From Camelus dromedarius (taxonomy: Eukaryota), in NCBI RefSeq assembly GCF_036321535.1, contig NC_087436.1:86740001-86804000 (forward strand): 64,000 nucleotides of DNA. Reading direction: 5' to 3'. This document shows positions 25,699-39,940 of the stretch, piece by piece. The notes under the pieces were generated by a model. The model was not told where the DNA came from. It saw only the letters and a list, made by a program, of their open reading frames with translations, and ran no database searches. A program made the translations under genes and the position numbers. Numbering within the stretch: position 1 is the first letter of the stretch; each line of letters begins with the position of its first letter.

Positions 25699-27099
25699 GT
25701 AAGTGGCGTTTCTATGGAGGGCTCCAAAGTGCTGGGACTTTCACTGATTCAGCATATATTTTATTTACCTCTTCCTATGTGTCAGATTGAGGATTTAAAG
25801 AAGAACTAGACGGACGCAGTCCTTGATCCCACAGTTTATTGTCTGGAGGTAGATACAGACAAGCAAGTTGGCAATTAAAATCAATTTGTTAAATTCTGTA
25901 ATGGGTAAATACATCCTCAATGTGCACTTCCCCCTATTAAACAAAACAACTGCATCTAGCCCAGTGATTGGAAACACTTACGCTGACATCGGGAGAATGA
26001 AATGTCCATCTGGCAACCTTTCAGAAATGTGTAGATATCAGTATTCTCAACAATCCTTCATAAGAGGGTTTTAAGTTGTTGAAGTATTAACAGATGACCA
26101 AGTGGAGGGAACCTGTACAACAAAACATGAAAATATTACAGTTAGTTCAGTTTCAGGTTGCTTTAAATGAGTGTTAATATGTGAGGCTGAAGTGAAATTT
26201 CACTAGAAAATGAGATTAAATAGAATTGTAGAAAATATTTTCAAATGTTTGTTGATTTATTCTTAGCTCTCGTTCTATTGAGGATTGGGTAGATAATCCC
26301 AAGTTGTAATAATATATTATTTATACACATTAGTAGCAAATGTTACCCTTAAAATAGGTGAAGGAAAAACATTTTATGATACTTGACATGAGCATTTATT
26401 TTCAAAGATCAACTTTATTGTTCTTTAATTAGGTAGATATAATGCTGCTGGTAGTATAGGCTGGGAAGTTTCAGGTTCAGGGAGAATAATCAGGAAGCTG
26501 ACACTGGTAAGCATTACCTTCAGTAAGTTTTTTAAAAAAAAGTTGAATGAAGTTAAAAAACCACAATAAGTGCAGTTTTTGACTTCATAAGATTAATTTT
26601 CAGGTCATAAAATAGAAAGTAAGCTAAATGGTAATACTGAGATGTAAGCTTAATCATGTCACTGGAAAAAAGTCAGGTGTTCAGTCTGTAAGTGTGATTT
26701 AAATAAAAGTAATCATTGTAAACACTCCCGAACTGTTAGACGAATAAAAACACCTGATAAGTATATGCTTGTTTTTGGGTGTGAGGTATATACTGCTTAT
26801 ACTTCTATTTCTTTCTGCCCAAAATATGACATATTGTTTCATAATTAATCAAGGTCACATATTTTTGTGTCCTCCTCCACCCTGCCGGACTCCAGTTAGG
26901 CAAACTTTAATGTCCTGACTGTCCAGCATCATAGCAACTACTCCTTTGCATATCATGCATCTTCTTGTATCTGGCTCTTCTAAATACAGAAAAAACAGGG
27001 TAAGCATAGCTTTTGCCCTCTAAAAGCTTATAAAATGAAGCAGTCAGGAATGATTTAGAAACTAAGAGCACATAGAAAGACAAAGTTGTCATTCCCTCC

Positions 27100-28350
27100 A
27101 GATCTCCCTCCCCACACTCACCCCTCAGCTTTCTTGCTTTTTTATCACTGAGAAAATATAAGCCAGTAAAAAACTTCTGTGTCTTCCCATCACCAAATCT
27201 ACCAACCTTTCTACATCTGTACTTACATATTTTTCTTTCTTTCCTTCATATTTAGAGAAGATGTACTCTCCCTGGTACTATTTAGTGCCAACTTTTCCAC
27301 CCTTGCAGACTACATCCTTTCCGTTTTCACATCTCTCATAGGTTTATCTCTTTCAAATACCCTCCCTCTTTTCTAGGTCATCATTTTTCAAAAAAGTTTT
27401 TCCTATGGATTTCCCCCATCAACATACAAACTGAATGGACCACATCCTTTCTTGACCCCTTGGGCTCCTCCTACTTCGTTTTCATTTTCGCTCTGTCTTA
27501 CAGCAAACTTAGAGATTTGTCTATACTTGCTATCTCTACAGTCATCTGTTTCAATTTTCCCTTCACTTTAGTTAGGTTTATTTCCCCCTGAGAACTCACC
27601 CGAAACATCCTTTGTCAAGATCACCAGTGGCCTCTGTATCGCCAAATCCATTGTTAAAATATTAGGATTCATTTTGCTCAGTCTCAAGGCACCATTTGTC
27701 ACAGCAGAGTAGAGGATGCAAATAGTTTTTAAAAATAATATTAAAGAAGCACAAAAGACATACAGATACTGCAGTTTCTTGTGTGACCCCATCAAAACAC
27801 AAAACTGACATGTTATTTGCTTGCTCACAGTCCTCCCATCACACCCACTATCCAATCCAAGTTCCTTAGCTTTGTTTTCAAGGCCGCATATGACCTGCCT
27901 GTGTGTACCTCTCCCAGCTCCTCTCTTGCTGATCTCCCCTCACACACTGGTTTCCTGGCACACTGGCCGCCTCGCCATTTCTCAACACGCCACTTGTGTC
28001 CCAGCCGCAGGGCCTTTGAAGTTCTGCGGCTCAGCGGGGAGTGTTCTTCCTTCAGGTGTCCACACGGCTTTCCCGCTCACTTCCTTCGAATCTCCACTCA
28101 CGTCTCCTCAGACAAGCCTTCCCTGACCACTTTCTTTAGATACTGTCCAACCCCTTACCCCACTTTATTTGTCGTTGTCTTTATGACTTCCTAACATGCT
28201 AATTGATTGTTGCCTGTCTCCTTCCATTTGAATGGAAGCTCCTGAGGGAAAGGGCTCTATTTTGTTTCCTGTATATTAACTAGCACTCAGAAGAGTGCTG
28301 TGAAAATAGTGGGTATTCAATAAATATTTCTTGAATGAATGGATGAATGA
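27100..28350 (+). mobile_element. LINE-2 fragments ending in (TGAA)n tail (approximate)
   Basis: GTCAAGATCACCAGTGGCC, AAGCCTTCCCTGACCAC, TCAATAAATATTTCTTGAATGAATG. Confidence 0.7.
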
Positions 28351-31276
28351 ACAGGTAAATGAAAGATTGCTGCCAACTGGATATTCATTGAGGCTAATGT
28401 ACTCATTTTTTCTGATTGAAAATATTTCTGAGACTCCTAAGTTGCATCAGTAGTTATTCACAAATGCAGTGAGTGTGCAGCAAGGCACACATCTTCTGAA
28501 TATTCTAAAATTTGACACTTTGAGCCCACAGTAATTTTTGAGGAAAGAAATAGTAATATTAACTAATCATATTTACGTGACTATTTAATGGATAAAAATC
28601 ATTTCCACATTACCTTATTTGATCTCCTCAACAAATTAGGTGAGTTAAGTGTTATTTACCATTTCAAGAATGAAGATTTGAGGCTCTGAAGTTGTTCTTT
28701 ACTGAAAAAAAAAAACCCCATAAACATCTAATAATACACCAGATGTGACAGGATTGCTCCGACGTTCTATTAATGTCCAAGGTCAGCATCTTTTGTTTTC
28801 TGAATTGTCAGAGTTGTTAGTGTTGTGTTGTTAAAGTCCTCACTTCATATTTGTCTAGGATCCTCTGTCAGTAGGTGGGCTTCCAGAGTTTTCTTTAAAT
28901 TAGTGAAGGTACTCAGTAAGCAGATTGGTATGGGAGAAGACATTTTAGGTACAGGAGATCAAGTGAAAGAATATTTAATATTGAGAGGGGCATTGTTCAA
29001 AAGAAGCAAATGGGAGGTTTCTCTGGATAGATTCAAGGCAACAGGTAAAAAGAGAAAGAAAAATTCACCTACTTTGTCAAGGGTTTAGGAGGAACCATGT
29101 AAGTATTATTTTCAGTAGAATGCTGAGAGAATTATACAAGGTGATAATAACGCAATGAGAATGAAACTTTCTAAAGTTCCTTGAGGTATTTCCCAAGTAC
29201 CTTTAAAATTATAAGGGCTCTGCTTCCTTCCTACCTTCCTGAATAGTTGAATTTCAAAGCATCAATCTGGGGTAAGCAAGGTAGCTGTCCACGCATGGAG
29301 GAAAGCACTGACCAGGCCCAGGATGTCAGAGCTCACATTGGTTGAGATCTCCCGAGTGGAGAGAGGTCGCCTGTGGCAGCAGCAGTGACCTGGTGGGATA
29401 GGGGATAAAGGGAAGCCAGAGTGGGTGGGATAAGGGGATGTCCCTGGGGCCCAGCACATTTGCCAATCTACTGGTGCATGGAACAAAGTTTGATTTGTAG
29501 TCCCCTTTGAAACCAATCACCTTTGGCATACTGTAGCCAAGAAAAGGTCCATGAACTACTTCCCATTTTAAAATTATGACATACTCTTCTTCAGAAAGGA
29601 TCAGAATTATTGCTGGTTGATGAAAGGTAGACTTTGGAGGATAGATCTAATTGGAACAAATTTGTTACTGTGGTTCTAATAATTTATAAATTGAAGTCTT
29701 TAATGAATACCTTTTGGAAAACCCTCCAAACTATCTTCTGAATGATCAGTTTATGGTTGATTTGTGTCAGAGATGTTTCAACATAGTGTTATGATTCCAT
29801 ATTGGTAATCCTCAGGGTTGATTTTCAGTGGTACATAGCTGTATTGTCAAACTTGTGTTTTAAATACTAAAATGCTCCTGTAATAGTAAGTAAAGAGAAA
29901 TTCTCTGCTTGTTGAGACCACAAGTCACCAAGTACTGTTGCCCTGTGGAGGCGCGTGATAGAGCCTAGGAGCATCCTGGTGTGGATACAGCTGACCCCCA
30001 GAGGTGCTGAGGGCTCTGAGGCAGTGGAGAGAGTTCATGCTGCTAGTGATGGTTGTAGAGGTGCAGCACTTGTCCTTTGCTCCAGGGTGGCCCAAAATTG
30101 GATGGCGTAGAGTACATGGTGTTGGGGGCATTATTGTTGGCATGAGTGCTTTTCGACCTTGGTCCAGGCTCTGGTGTCCAGGACCATAGCTGATCATCAT
30201 ATTCAAATTGTTTACTAATGTGTCCTGGATGCAAGAAGCACAAAGAGCAAAGAGCTGGGGTTCTCATGACTTGTTGTTATAAGAATTTGTTTTTACAAGT
30301 ATTTGGTGTGGTTTCTTACATCAAGTTGTGGCTTACATTGGGGCATTGTTTAGCCAGGGATAGCTGCAGCAGATTATGCCAACAAGTTCTAAAAAATCAA
30401 CAGGTAATTGGAAATTACTGAAATGACTTGAATGGTTTAAATTTCAGTTTAAATTACAAGACAGCAGTTTTAATATAGTGACCAAAAGGAAATATATTTT
30501 TAGTTTTTGATTTAGATGTTAATTATATGCATAGTATATTAATTTGTTGTTTGTTGTTAAATATTTTGGATGCCATCCTTGATTTACCATTAGAAGACTT
30601 ATATGCTTATGTATACTTCTTAGATGTAAAATTGGCACTAACAAAAATAACCTCCAATAGTTCATAAATATTTGACAGTGTTAATATCATGCATACAATA
30701 TAGAGAAATTTCTCACCTTTTTGTCATCATCTTTGCTGAAAGTAACATCACATTGTCTAATAGTTGTTTTATTTATTTTCAGTAAATATTTATTGAGTGC
30801 CTACTGTGTGCTAAGCATTATTCCAGGTCTAGGGAACAGTGGTGAACAAGATAGGTAAGTTCCTTGCTCCCCTGAAGCCTTGTTCTCAGGGCTTAAAAAT
30901 ATAGAAAGTTTATTATAGTTGTTTGAGAAGTAGATGGCCACCAGTGTCTGTTACTATGATTTTGGCATACTTCTACCATGTCTAGACCACACAGAAGATT
31001 GCGTTCCTGCCGAGTGCTTCAGGCATGTTTGTGTAGGGGATTTAAATACAACATACCATGGACTATTCTGGCTTCTGATTTGTTTCAAGGGGCAATTGAA
31101 AAGGTAGACATGATTGATGAATCTCTAAAAGATTTGAATCTGGTTTTCTTTCCATTCTTTTCTGGCTCTTGAGATCGACTGGAGTGCTTTGTTGATAGTC
31201 TACACATTCAAGATCAAAAGATAGCAGTGGCGGTAACTCTGGGAATTAAATTTCCTTTCTTGGTTCAATTCTCCTG

Positions 31277-31320
31277 AATTTTAGTTTCATGTAAATTTTA
31301 GTTTCATGTAATTTAGTTTT
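31277..31320. repeat. 17-bp tandem duplication AATTTTAGTTTCATGTA x2 plus partial copy
   Basis: Direct reading, 31277-31293 and 31294-31310. Confidence 0.85.
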
Positions 31321-31464
31321 AAATTAAATCCATTCAATTAAAGATTAATTCCCAATCCAATGGGTGGTTCTTAATCTGAGGATTATGATATAATGGTACA
31401 TTTATATTGGCTTTAAGGTGTAGTTTTATATTATTTTGTTAAACTCTTGGATTTTGAGACAATT

Positions 31465-31690
31465 AATAATGGCTAACATTTGAGAGCATACTACTTTTCT
31501 CAGCATTTTACATATATAAACTTCTTTAATTTTTATAATAATTCTTTTATAATTTTTCCCATCTTACAGATGAGGAAACAGAGACATGGAGGAGTTAAGT
31601 AACTCACCCAAGATCACAAGCTAGTAAGTGGCAGAGTCAGGGTTTGAACCTTGGCAGTTTGCTCCAGAGCCTGTGCTCATAACCTTTCTC
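31465..31690 (-). mobile_element. MIR SINE
   Basis: CCCATCTTACAGATGAGGAAACAGAG...AAGTAACTCACCCAAGATCACA core. Confidence 0.85.
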
Positions 31691-32109
31691 ATCTGGAGGC
31701 TTTCCTCAACCAGGATAATAGAGATAATACTAATATGGTGTCCAGAAGCTAGCAGCTTCAGAGACTGAAAACAGTTGTTGGACTCTGGTGCTGCCTTAAT
31801 GTTCAGAAAAGTGACTTAGTCTTTTCTCTTCCATGTGATTTTTCACCAAATGCAAAATAACCAACTAGTATCTTCATTTTAGAGTCCAGAGGATACTGTT
31901 TAAAATAAGCATAGTTATGAAACACAACTGAGAAACCATATAAGACTCTGACTAGATTGCTGGTGTTAGATCCAGACCAGTCTAATAACTCCAAGTCCTA
32001 GTTTAGTGACTTACTTGCTGTTTGATCCTCATTGAGGCTTTTGAAGGTTTTCTCATTTGTGAATGGTAAAATAGCTACCTTAAAGTGCTGTTGGAAACAT
32101 GTGAAATCA

Positions 32110-32830
32110 TCCATCCATCCATGTGTCCATTCATTCATTCAATATATAACTAATGTAGATAAGAGATTAAAAAGTGATAGGTTTTCCATGTTAAATAGCA
32201 TAGCTAGGGAAGACCTCTCTGAGGATGTGACATTTGAGCAGAAACTGAAAGAAGAGATGAAGTAGGCCATGTGACAGTCTTGGTGTAGAACCTGTAAGAC
32301 CCAGGGAATGGCAAGTGCAAAGGACTTGAGGTAGAAATATGCTTGACATGTTTGAGAAACAGTAGAGGCCAGCATGGCTCCCTTCAGCTTGCCCCACAAA
32401 CAAGGAGGGCAGTGATAGGAGATGAAGTTGGACAGACAGGCAGAAGGAATGCATTGTAGGATGAAGTAAGGACTTAGGTTAAAAGCTAAAGTATGATGGG
32501 AAAGGTGGAGGGTTTTGAGCTGTGATGTGACACAATCAGATTTACATTATACAGGATCGTATATGTAAGGAGTGAGGGGATTACAATATATGGAATCTGC
32601 TACTACTATCTAGTTTGTGTAATAGACATGAGTGGCTAGTATCAGTAGTCTTAGCTCTGCCCCTTCCCAGTCATAAGTCCTTGGACAAGTTGTAACTAAT
32701 AGTCTCAGTTTCCTGATCTATGAAATGAGGATAATAATAGTACCCACTCAGAGGGTTGTTGAGAGGGTAAAATAAGTTAATGCATCTAGCTCCTAGAACA
32801 GTGCCTGGTACATAATGGGGAAAATGTTTA
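32110..32830. mobile_element. L2 fragment (~32110-32560, minus) followed by MIR (~32640-32830, plus)
   Basis: CATTCATTCA tail, GGGAAGACCTCTCTGAGGATGTGACATTTGAGC; CTCAGTTTCCTGATCTATGAAATGAGGATAATAATAGTACC. Confidence 0.7.
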
Positions 32831-33224
32831 TTAGTACTTTTATTGATTAATTATATGCCTTTAAAATGATTTAATGTTTTATTCTTTTAAATGTATGTTT
32901 CCCCCCTAAGTATAAGAGTAAGAACAGAAATACAAGAATAATTTGCCATACATATAACCCAGCAGAATTCTATTACTTGACCTGTTATGAGAGTTGGTTA
33001 GAATTAACTAGTTGTCAGGAATTATATTCTGTTATACCTGGAGGAAAAAAAAGTGGAGTAAGTGAAATATTTCTTTTATATGATCCTGCAAGATCACTAC
33101 AATTTTGATTACTTAAGCGAGTGTAAAGAATGACCTGGATGATTTTGATTCATTTTATAAATATTTACTGAGCAGCTTTTATCTGCAGTCTCTGTGCTAG
33201 GTGATAATGACATGAAACCTCACT

Positions 33225-33382
33225 GTTAAGTATGTCATTGGGACTAGCAACCTCACGCCCAATTGGAAGCAAATTAAAAATGCTGAATCCCAGGCCTCAC
33301 CCTAGACTTAGGAATCAGAACCTGTGTTGTAACCAGATCCTCAGGTGATTTGAATGTGTAGTAAAGTTTGAGAAGTGCTGAC
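33225..33382. mobile_element. hAT-Charlie MER5-like fossil
   Basis: AAATGCTGAATCCCAGGCC...GAATCAGAA...CAGGTGATT...AAAGTTTGAGAAGTGCTG. Confidence 0.65.
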
Positions 33383-33984
33383 ATAAAGATCAAAAAGTAA
33401 AAGCTCCTGTCTATGAGGAACTCAGAGTCTAATGAAGAAGACAAAGCTTAGCAAATTCTAGTATGAATGCTATGTGCCTTCACAGTGGTTAAGTACAAAT
33501 ACTCTCTTAAGGGGTGCCAGTTTCTAGACCAGTGGTTCTCACATTTAAACCACCCCAGAAAGTGATTTTTAAAAATGAGTCTAGGCAGAGGCTGGAATCA
33601 TTCATTGTTCTTTTGAAAGCTCCCCATGCTTGCAGAGATAGAAGAAGGAGCATAGGTTGTTCTGGGAGTTCTTTTAAGATAATTTTTATTAGAGCTTAAG
33701 GTGCTTGAGGGTTGGGATGAATGACTGAGGGAGTGGTAAGAGATGAGGAAGTAAGGGTAATGAAGATGATGAGGAAGGAGACTGGGGACATGTTCCAAAG
33801 GCCTTAACTTTCATGCTCAGTTAGGAGTCAGAAAAAGTTTTTAAGGAGGAAAAGTGCATGTACAGATTTCCTGTTGAATGAGTTCTCTGGTAGATAATGT
33901 GATGGATGGATTTACTGATTACAAGATAGGAATTTGAGGGGTGATGGGGTGGGTCTTTTTGTTGTTGTTGTTTGCCTTTTTTTC

Positions 33985-34390
33985 TAGTCAAATTTATTAA
34001 AGTACATTACATATAGCACCATTTATCCTTTATAGTGTGTAGTTTTGTCAAACAACATATTGTCATGTAACCACCACTACAATCAAGATGGAAGAATGGT
34101 TCCATCACTCCAAAAAATTCCCTTGTGCTCCTGTAGTCAGTTTCTCCTCTCACCCTCAGTCCTGGCAATCATGAATCCATTTCCCGTCTTTAGAGTTTAC
34201 CTTTTCAAGGCTATCATATAAATGCAATCATATGGTATTTAGCCTTTTGAGTGACCTCTTTCACTTACAGTATAATACAGTTGAGATTCATCCATGTTGT
34301 TGCTTATATCAGTAGTTCATTGCTTCTTATTTACGGGTAATATTCAGGTATATAGATGTGGCATAGTTTGTTAATTTGCTCACCAGTTGG
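33985..34390 (-). mobile_element. Old L1 3' UTR fragment
   Basis: TGTAACCACCACTACAATCAAGAT, TTGAGATTCATCCATGTTGTTGC. Confidence 0.7.
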
Positions 34391-35718
34391 GCTGTATGCT
34401 TAAAGCCTGTAAAGAGGAATAACACTGATATCTGTTGGCTCAACTCTAATTTATACTTTGTGGTGGACAATGATTCTTAACTCTTTTGAAATTAAGGAAC
34501 TTTATTGATCAATTGATCAAAGTTATGGACTATCTACAAAAAAGCATAAACTTACAATATTTCTCATGAAATTCAGCCCTCCTATCTATCTATGGAGGAG
34601 CCCAGCCTAGGAGCCATGGGCTTCTTGGGAAAAACGCATGAAATACTGGAGGCTAGGAGATTGATCAGGAGGCTATTTTAATATCTAGGTAAGAAATGAT
34701 ATGAATTTATACTGAGTCAATAATAGGAAGACGAAGAGAGGAGTAGTTTGGTATTTAACTGAGACAATAGAGTGGTGACTGATACAATGCTAGCGCATTA
34801 AGGGAAGGATTTGAAGACCTTCCAAGTTTTCTAGCTTGGGCAATTTCAGAATCCATTCACAGAAATAAGGGAATGTAGGAGAAATTTAAGGTAGGGGCAA
34901 CATAATGAATGTTATGTGATTCTCTTACCTAAAATTACTGTATGGGGAAAGTTACTTATTGAATAAACTTTTATAATTACAGCCTTATGATTTTCCCCAC
35001 CCTGTCCCTTCAAAGTTCTACCTGGTATATGGCAAACTTAAGCAGGCTTTTGACTGGTATGTGGCATCTGCTTTAATATATCCTCTTTGTACTAGGTTTG
35101 ACTGATGTGAGGTAGTGTTAGAAATGGTAACGTTAGAGGGGATCTAATAACTAGTGCTCCTTTCCCCATCTAGATTCTGAATCAATTGATTATGAGATAA
35201 AGAGTTGCAGAGGCCAAAACACCAGTTTTATTATGGATACAGTGAACATTAACAAAGATTCTTTTTTTTTTTGTCATTCACTTTTATTCTACATTGTAAT
35301 GAGGGTTCCAGCCACTTAAATAAAGAAAGGAAGAAAAAGGCATAAAGATTAAAAAGTAAAATCATATTCATGAGCAGAGAACATGAATGAAGATTCTTAA
35401 TGCCAAATCCAAGTGTTGAAAAGTTTACACACTCTGGACCAGAGCAAGTCTCTTCTTTCCAAAGGCAGAACCTATCCTAGGAAGAACAAGTAGATGGCCC
35501 AAGGAAAAGTGATTGATTGAAGAAGGTGAAGCAGTCTCAGGAGTGTTGGGATATTTGTTGTCCCTCTACATAGAAGGAAACATCAGGAGTAATAAAGAAA
35601 TATTCTACTCTTACAGTACTGAAATGTCATTATAAATACTGAAACATTTCAAAATAATGAAATACAGTCACAGATTCTTGGGAAAGAATGATGGGAATCA
35701 GAAAGGAAGGGAGTTTTT

Positions 35719-35883
35719 AAATTTTTATTATCTCTTTAATTTGCATTCTTTTCTATTGAAGCATAGTCAGTTTATAATGTGCCAATTTCTGGTGTACAGC
35801 ATAATGTTTCAGTCATACATATATATTCACTTTCATATTCTTTTTCATTATAGATGACTACAAGATATTGAATATAGTTCCCT
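35719..35883 (-). mobile_element. Short 5'-truncated lineage L1 3' end with TSD
   Basis: ATTCTTTTTCATTATAG..TACAAGATATTGAATATAGTTCCCT; TSD AGGAAG(G/T)GAGTTTTT at 35704-35718 and 35884-35898. Confidence 0.7.
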
Positions 35884-38800
35884 AGGAAGTGAGTTTTTTT
35901 AATACACTAATTCCAAGAGTCCAGTAGCCCTGTCTCAACACAAAGGGACACTGTGCACAACCCCAGAATATCCTGTTTGTGAAATGTACAGAAGACTCTT
36001 GTGTATTTATCTCTGAGCCCTTCTACAGTCTGACTGAGATCTTGTGAAGGCTCCTCAATTCTTGCTTCTTACTTCATTCCGTGCAAGTGAGGCAATGAAG
36101 AGGTCATGTGCCTTAGGATAATGATACTAGCAAGCACAAGCACATTCACATATGATCCACAGGGTCATACAGGATTGGTATTTTTCTGGTCCTGTTAACT
36201 AAAATGTTTAGCCTTTGAAGCAGTTAGCTTAACTTAGGATCTCAGATACTAAGGCTTGAAGATATTTAGGTGTCAGTTGGAAAAACTCTTGAGTTTTTAG
36301 CTTGGTAAAATGACACCACATTTATGGAAATTCCCTCAGATTACACAAGGAACTAGTGGAAGATGGGACCACTAGAGCCAATGTCCCCAATTTCTTTCCT
36401 ACAGCCCCTTCAGAAAAGAAGGCAATGGGAAATAAACTATCCTCTGGCCAGACTAGACCACGTTGCTGTTGGCTAGATTAACAGTGGGACAGGGAAGAAA
36501 TAACTGGGTTCTGGTTGACTTCCACTCTTGAGCTTCTTAAATAATATTTTAAAGTCCCTATAATAAAAGAAAAAATAAGCTCTCTGAAAATTTAAGTGTG
36601 ATATAAATGTCAGCATTTTATTCATTTCATGAAAGAAGAATCTGAAGTTACTGTGACGTTGAGAAGCCCCAAATGCTTAGTTTATGTTTGAGTCATGTAA
36701 ATAGCATTAATTAAATTTTAAAAATGAATATTGAAGCCTCTAAAGTTGGACATGTGAGAAACTGTATTCACAGAAGAGCAGGTCAATTAGTTGAAAGTCC
36801 ATACCTGCTTTATCCTTCATTATGGAACATGTTAGCTATACATTCCTTTTGACTAAACCTAAGAGGCTGAGTAATCCTGGTCATGTAAATGTGGCATTTT
36901 CTTAATTCTCTTATGTAATATTTTCAACAGTTTCTGATAGGATGTAAATTATTTTTCTAATTAGGTAAGTCTCATGTGCTTCTTGTAGAAAATACTGGTC
37001 ATAAAATGAAGTTTAGATAGAGTTTACGTCAACCAAAATCCTACCATTCAAAGATAACCCTTGGTAAAATTTTAGGGTATTTGTATGTGTGTATAACATA
37101 GTTTTTTATCTTATTACAACAAGAATGTATGCTCACCATGGAAAGTTTATAAACTGTAAATAAATAGAAGAATATAAAAAAATCACAACTTGAGAACTGC
37201 TTCAGTGAATATGCCATAATTTTAAAAAATCCTCTACTTTTGAACATTTAGAATGTTAGTATGTAATATTTTAAGGATGTAAATGTACTTTGGTTTTGTA
37301 AAAATAACTATTAGCTATTAAACCTTAAGGAAAAATAAGAATGCCATGTCCTGACTTCTCATATTTAGAGAGTTTCAAGAGGACTGGAGTAGTCAATAGT
37401 TTTAATTTAACTAATGGTTTATGGTCAGCTCCCCAGCACTCAGACTGCAAGCTACTCATTAAATTCATTTAATTTCATTAAACTGAGGATTTAATAAACT
37501 GAGACTTGCCAAAGACCCCTGCTTTTAGCATCAGGAGGAGGAGTGAGTAGCAGCTAGATTGTAGGGGCTAAAGAAGTTAGAAAAGAAAGGCAGAACATAT
37601 AGGCCACTTGTTTGCGCCATGTGTCTGCAAAGCCGACAAAAAATAAGAGTAGCTTGTGGGCAGGGCTCAGAATTTGGGCACCAGGTTCAAAGGAAAGTTA
37701 CTGTAGTGATGAGTGGAAGTTGTGTTTTTTTTTTTTCATTTATTTAAAATACAATTTATTTTATTTCAAGGAAAAGGACTTTCAGCTTATTTCCTTAATG
37801 TTCTTTAAGATTTGAGCATACATTTTTGAAAGAATGGGTTATATAAAATATTTAAGTGTACATGATTAAAAAGAACTGGGTAGTTTTCATTGGAGAAATT
37901 CATTGTGAGATTTCGTAACTTGGAATTGTATTTCATCCTATTGGCCAGTATTCTTCTAAACTACAGACACATTTTACATACAAGGAGAGTCTTGATAATT
38001 TATCTTTCTGACCAAGAAGAAAGCACTGCAAGAATATAGCCATGACTAGCAACAGGCAGAGTATTCAGTGATGGAACTACACATTTTAGTTGTTTTTTTT
38101 TTATCTCAACCTATGATAAATATCTATATCTACATTATTTGTGGATAGACATCAAATAATTTAAATTCAAGAGTGGAAGTTTTTAAATAAATGAGGAGGA
38201 TACTAGTGAACAGAGAAATTCATGATGCTATGGGGTAATACTAGTATATCCAGTCCAGGCTTAAAGATATGATTCTTTTAGAGACTTCTGACTCTCCCCT
38301 TGATCCCAGGAACATATATAGTCACTGGGCATTCGTTCAGCAAGTATTTAATGAGTAGCTTGTAGTCTGAGTGCTAGGGAGATGACCATAAACCATAGGC
38401 AACATAAATAAGACATGGTTCCTTCCAGACCTAATTAATGAACATTTTAGTGGTAAGACAAGGGCTCTTTTCTTTAACATCAGAAGCCACCTTAGAAGCA
38501 CTCATGTTGGCTCTGTTTCAAGTCACTTTTATGGGCCTGATTTTTTTTAATAAAGAATTTTTGGAGTTATCTGCCTCCTGAGTTTGAATTCTTCCTCTGT
38601 AATTTACAGCATATGTAATCTTAAGCAAGTTATTTAAACTGAGTCTTCTACTCTGTCAATGAGCATAATAACACCTACCTTTTAGGGTCATTATAAGAAT
38701 TAAGTGTATTAAGAATTAAAGTACAGTATGAAACTTAATACCTGGTGCATCATAAGCTCTCAATAAATTAACTATTGTGATAAAGATGATGATGGCGATG

Positions 38801-39771
38801 ACAGCGATTCCATGGATTTCTGGTTTAGGCTTTTCTACCCAGTTCTTCTGTCCAATTAATATGACATGGCAAAAAAAAAAAAAAATAGAGAGACATTTGG
38901 AAGTAAAATAATTTATTTGAAGTGGGTCAGATTAAAGCAAGTTGATTTGGCCAGTCCCACCCATTGTTGGAATGATGTCTTCCATGCAGTGATGGGTTTT
39001 GGAAAGATAACTTGGTCTCATGGAAAAAATATTAAACTGTGTCATTGGTCTTGAATTTTAATTTTAGTTTATTCATTTATTATTAAAAGAGTTAATATAT
39101 GTGAAGCATCTAAAACAGTGCCTGAAACACAGAAAACACTCTATAAATGCTTCTACTACTGCAAACTGTTACCATTCATTCCTTTGTTCTTTCCTTCATC
39201 TCACAAATAATTAGTGAGCCTCCTAGCTACCAGACTGCTTACTAGACATGGTGGGTAGAGGGTGAACTAGATAAACAGTTGCCATTATGAAGTTTCTAGC
39301 AAAGGGGAGATTTGCTCTTCTTGGTCAGGTCTCTAAGCCCTTATGGGTTTTAAGATCTTCATCTGTAAAACAAAGAAAATCTCTTTTGCTCTAAAATTTC
39401 AGGAGAGTTTATACTGTGACACCATTTACCTGACTGACCAAATGTTGTTTATTTATTTATTCATTAACTACTTATTCAGGTCTACCACGTGTAGGCACTA
39501 TGCTAGGGGCTGGGAATATAGTAGTAACCAGAGTAGACACAGTGCCTGTCCTCAGGGACCATTAAATCCAACATACAAGACATACGTTGTCTAGGTAATT
39601 GTGAGCTTAATTAGTGTTACTAAGGGCAAAATGTTAGGTTTGTGTTATTGATTTGTGTAACAGAAACTAAAAATGTATGTTGTTTTTGATAGAAGAGGTA
39701 TTACAAAACATTACTCCAGCTTGTTTTTCCTCCCATTTTGTGAGTTCGTATTTTCTTGTCTGCTTAAACAG

Positions 39772-39940
39772 GAGCAGTTGGACATCATGGGGACAACTTG
39801 GTAGAGAAGATAATTTCAGTGCTTCCCCAGCTTCCGGGCCACACCAATGATGTGATGGTTAACATGATAGAGCTCACTGCACTCCGGGCTGAGGAGGAGA
39901 ATCGGAATATGGTTGCACCCGGCTGTCTCGCACAATCCCA
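39772..39940 (+). CDS. SCFD2: SCFD2 coding exon 2 (169 nt)
   Basis: Pyrimidine tract + CAG|, encodes (G)AVGHHGDNLVEKIISVLPQLPGHTNDVMVNMIELTALRAEEENRNMVAPGCLAQS, CA|GTAAGA donor; in frame with exon 1; exon 3 not seen in window. Confidence 0.94.

Noticed and set aside
24720..25790. 356-aa ORF as a complete single-exon gene or an N-terminally extended SCFD2
   Set aside because: It starts at a GTG inside the promoter motifs and reads through the GTAAGT donor; the coding exon is 24861-25698 with a Kozak ATG
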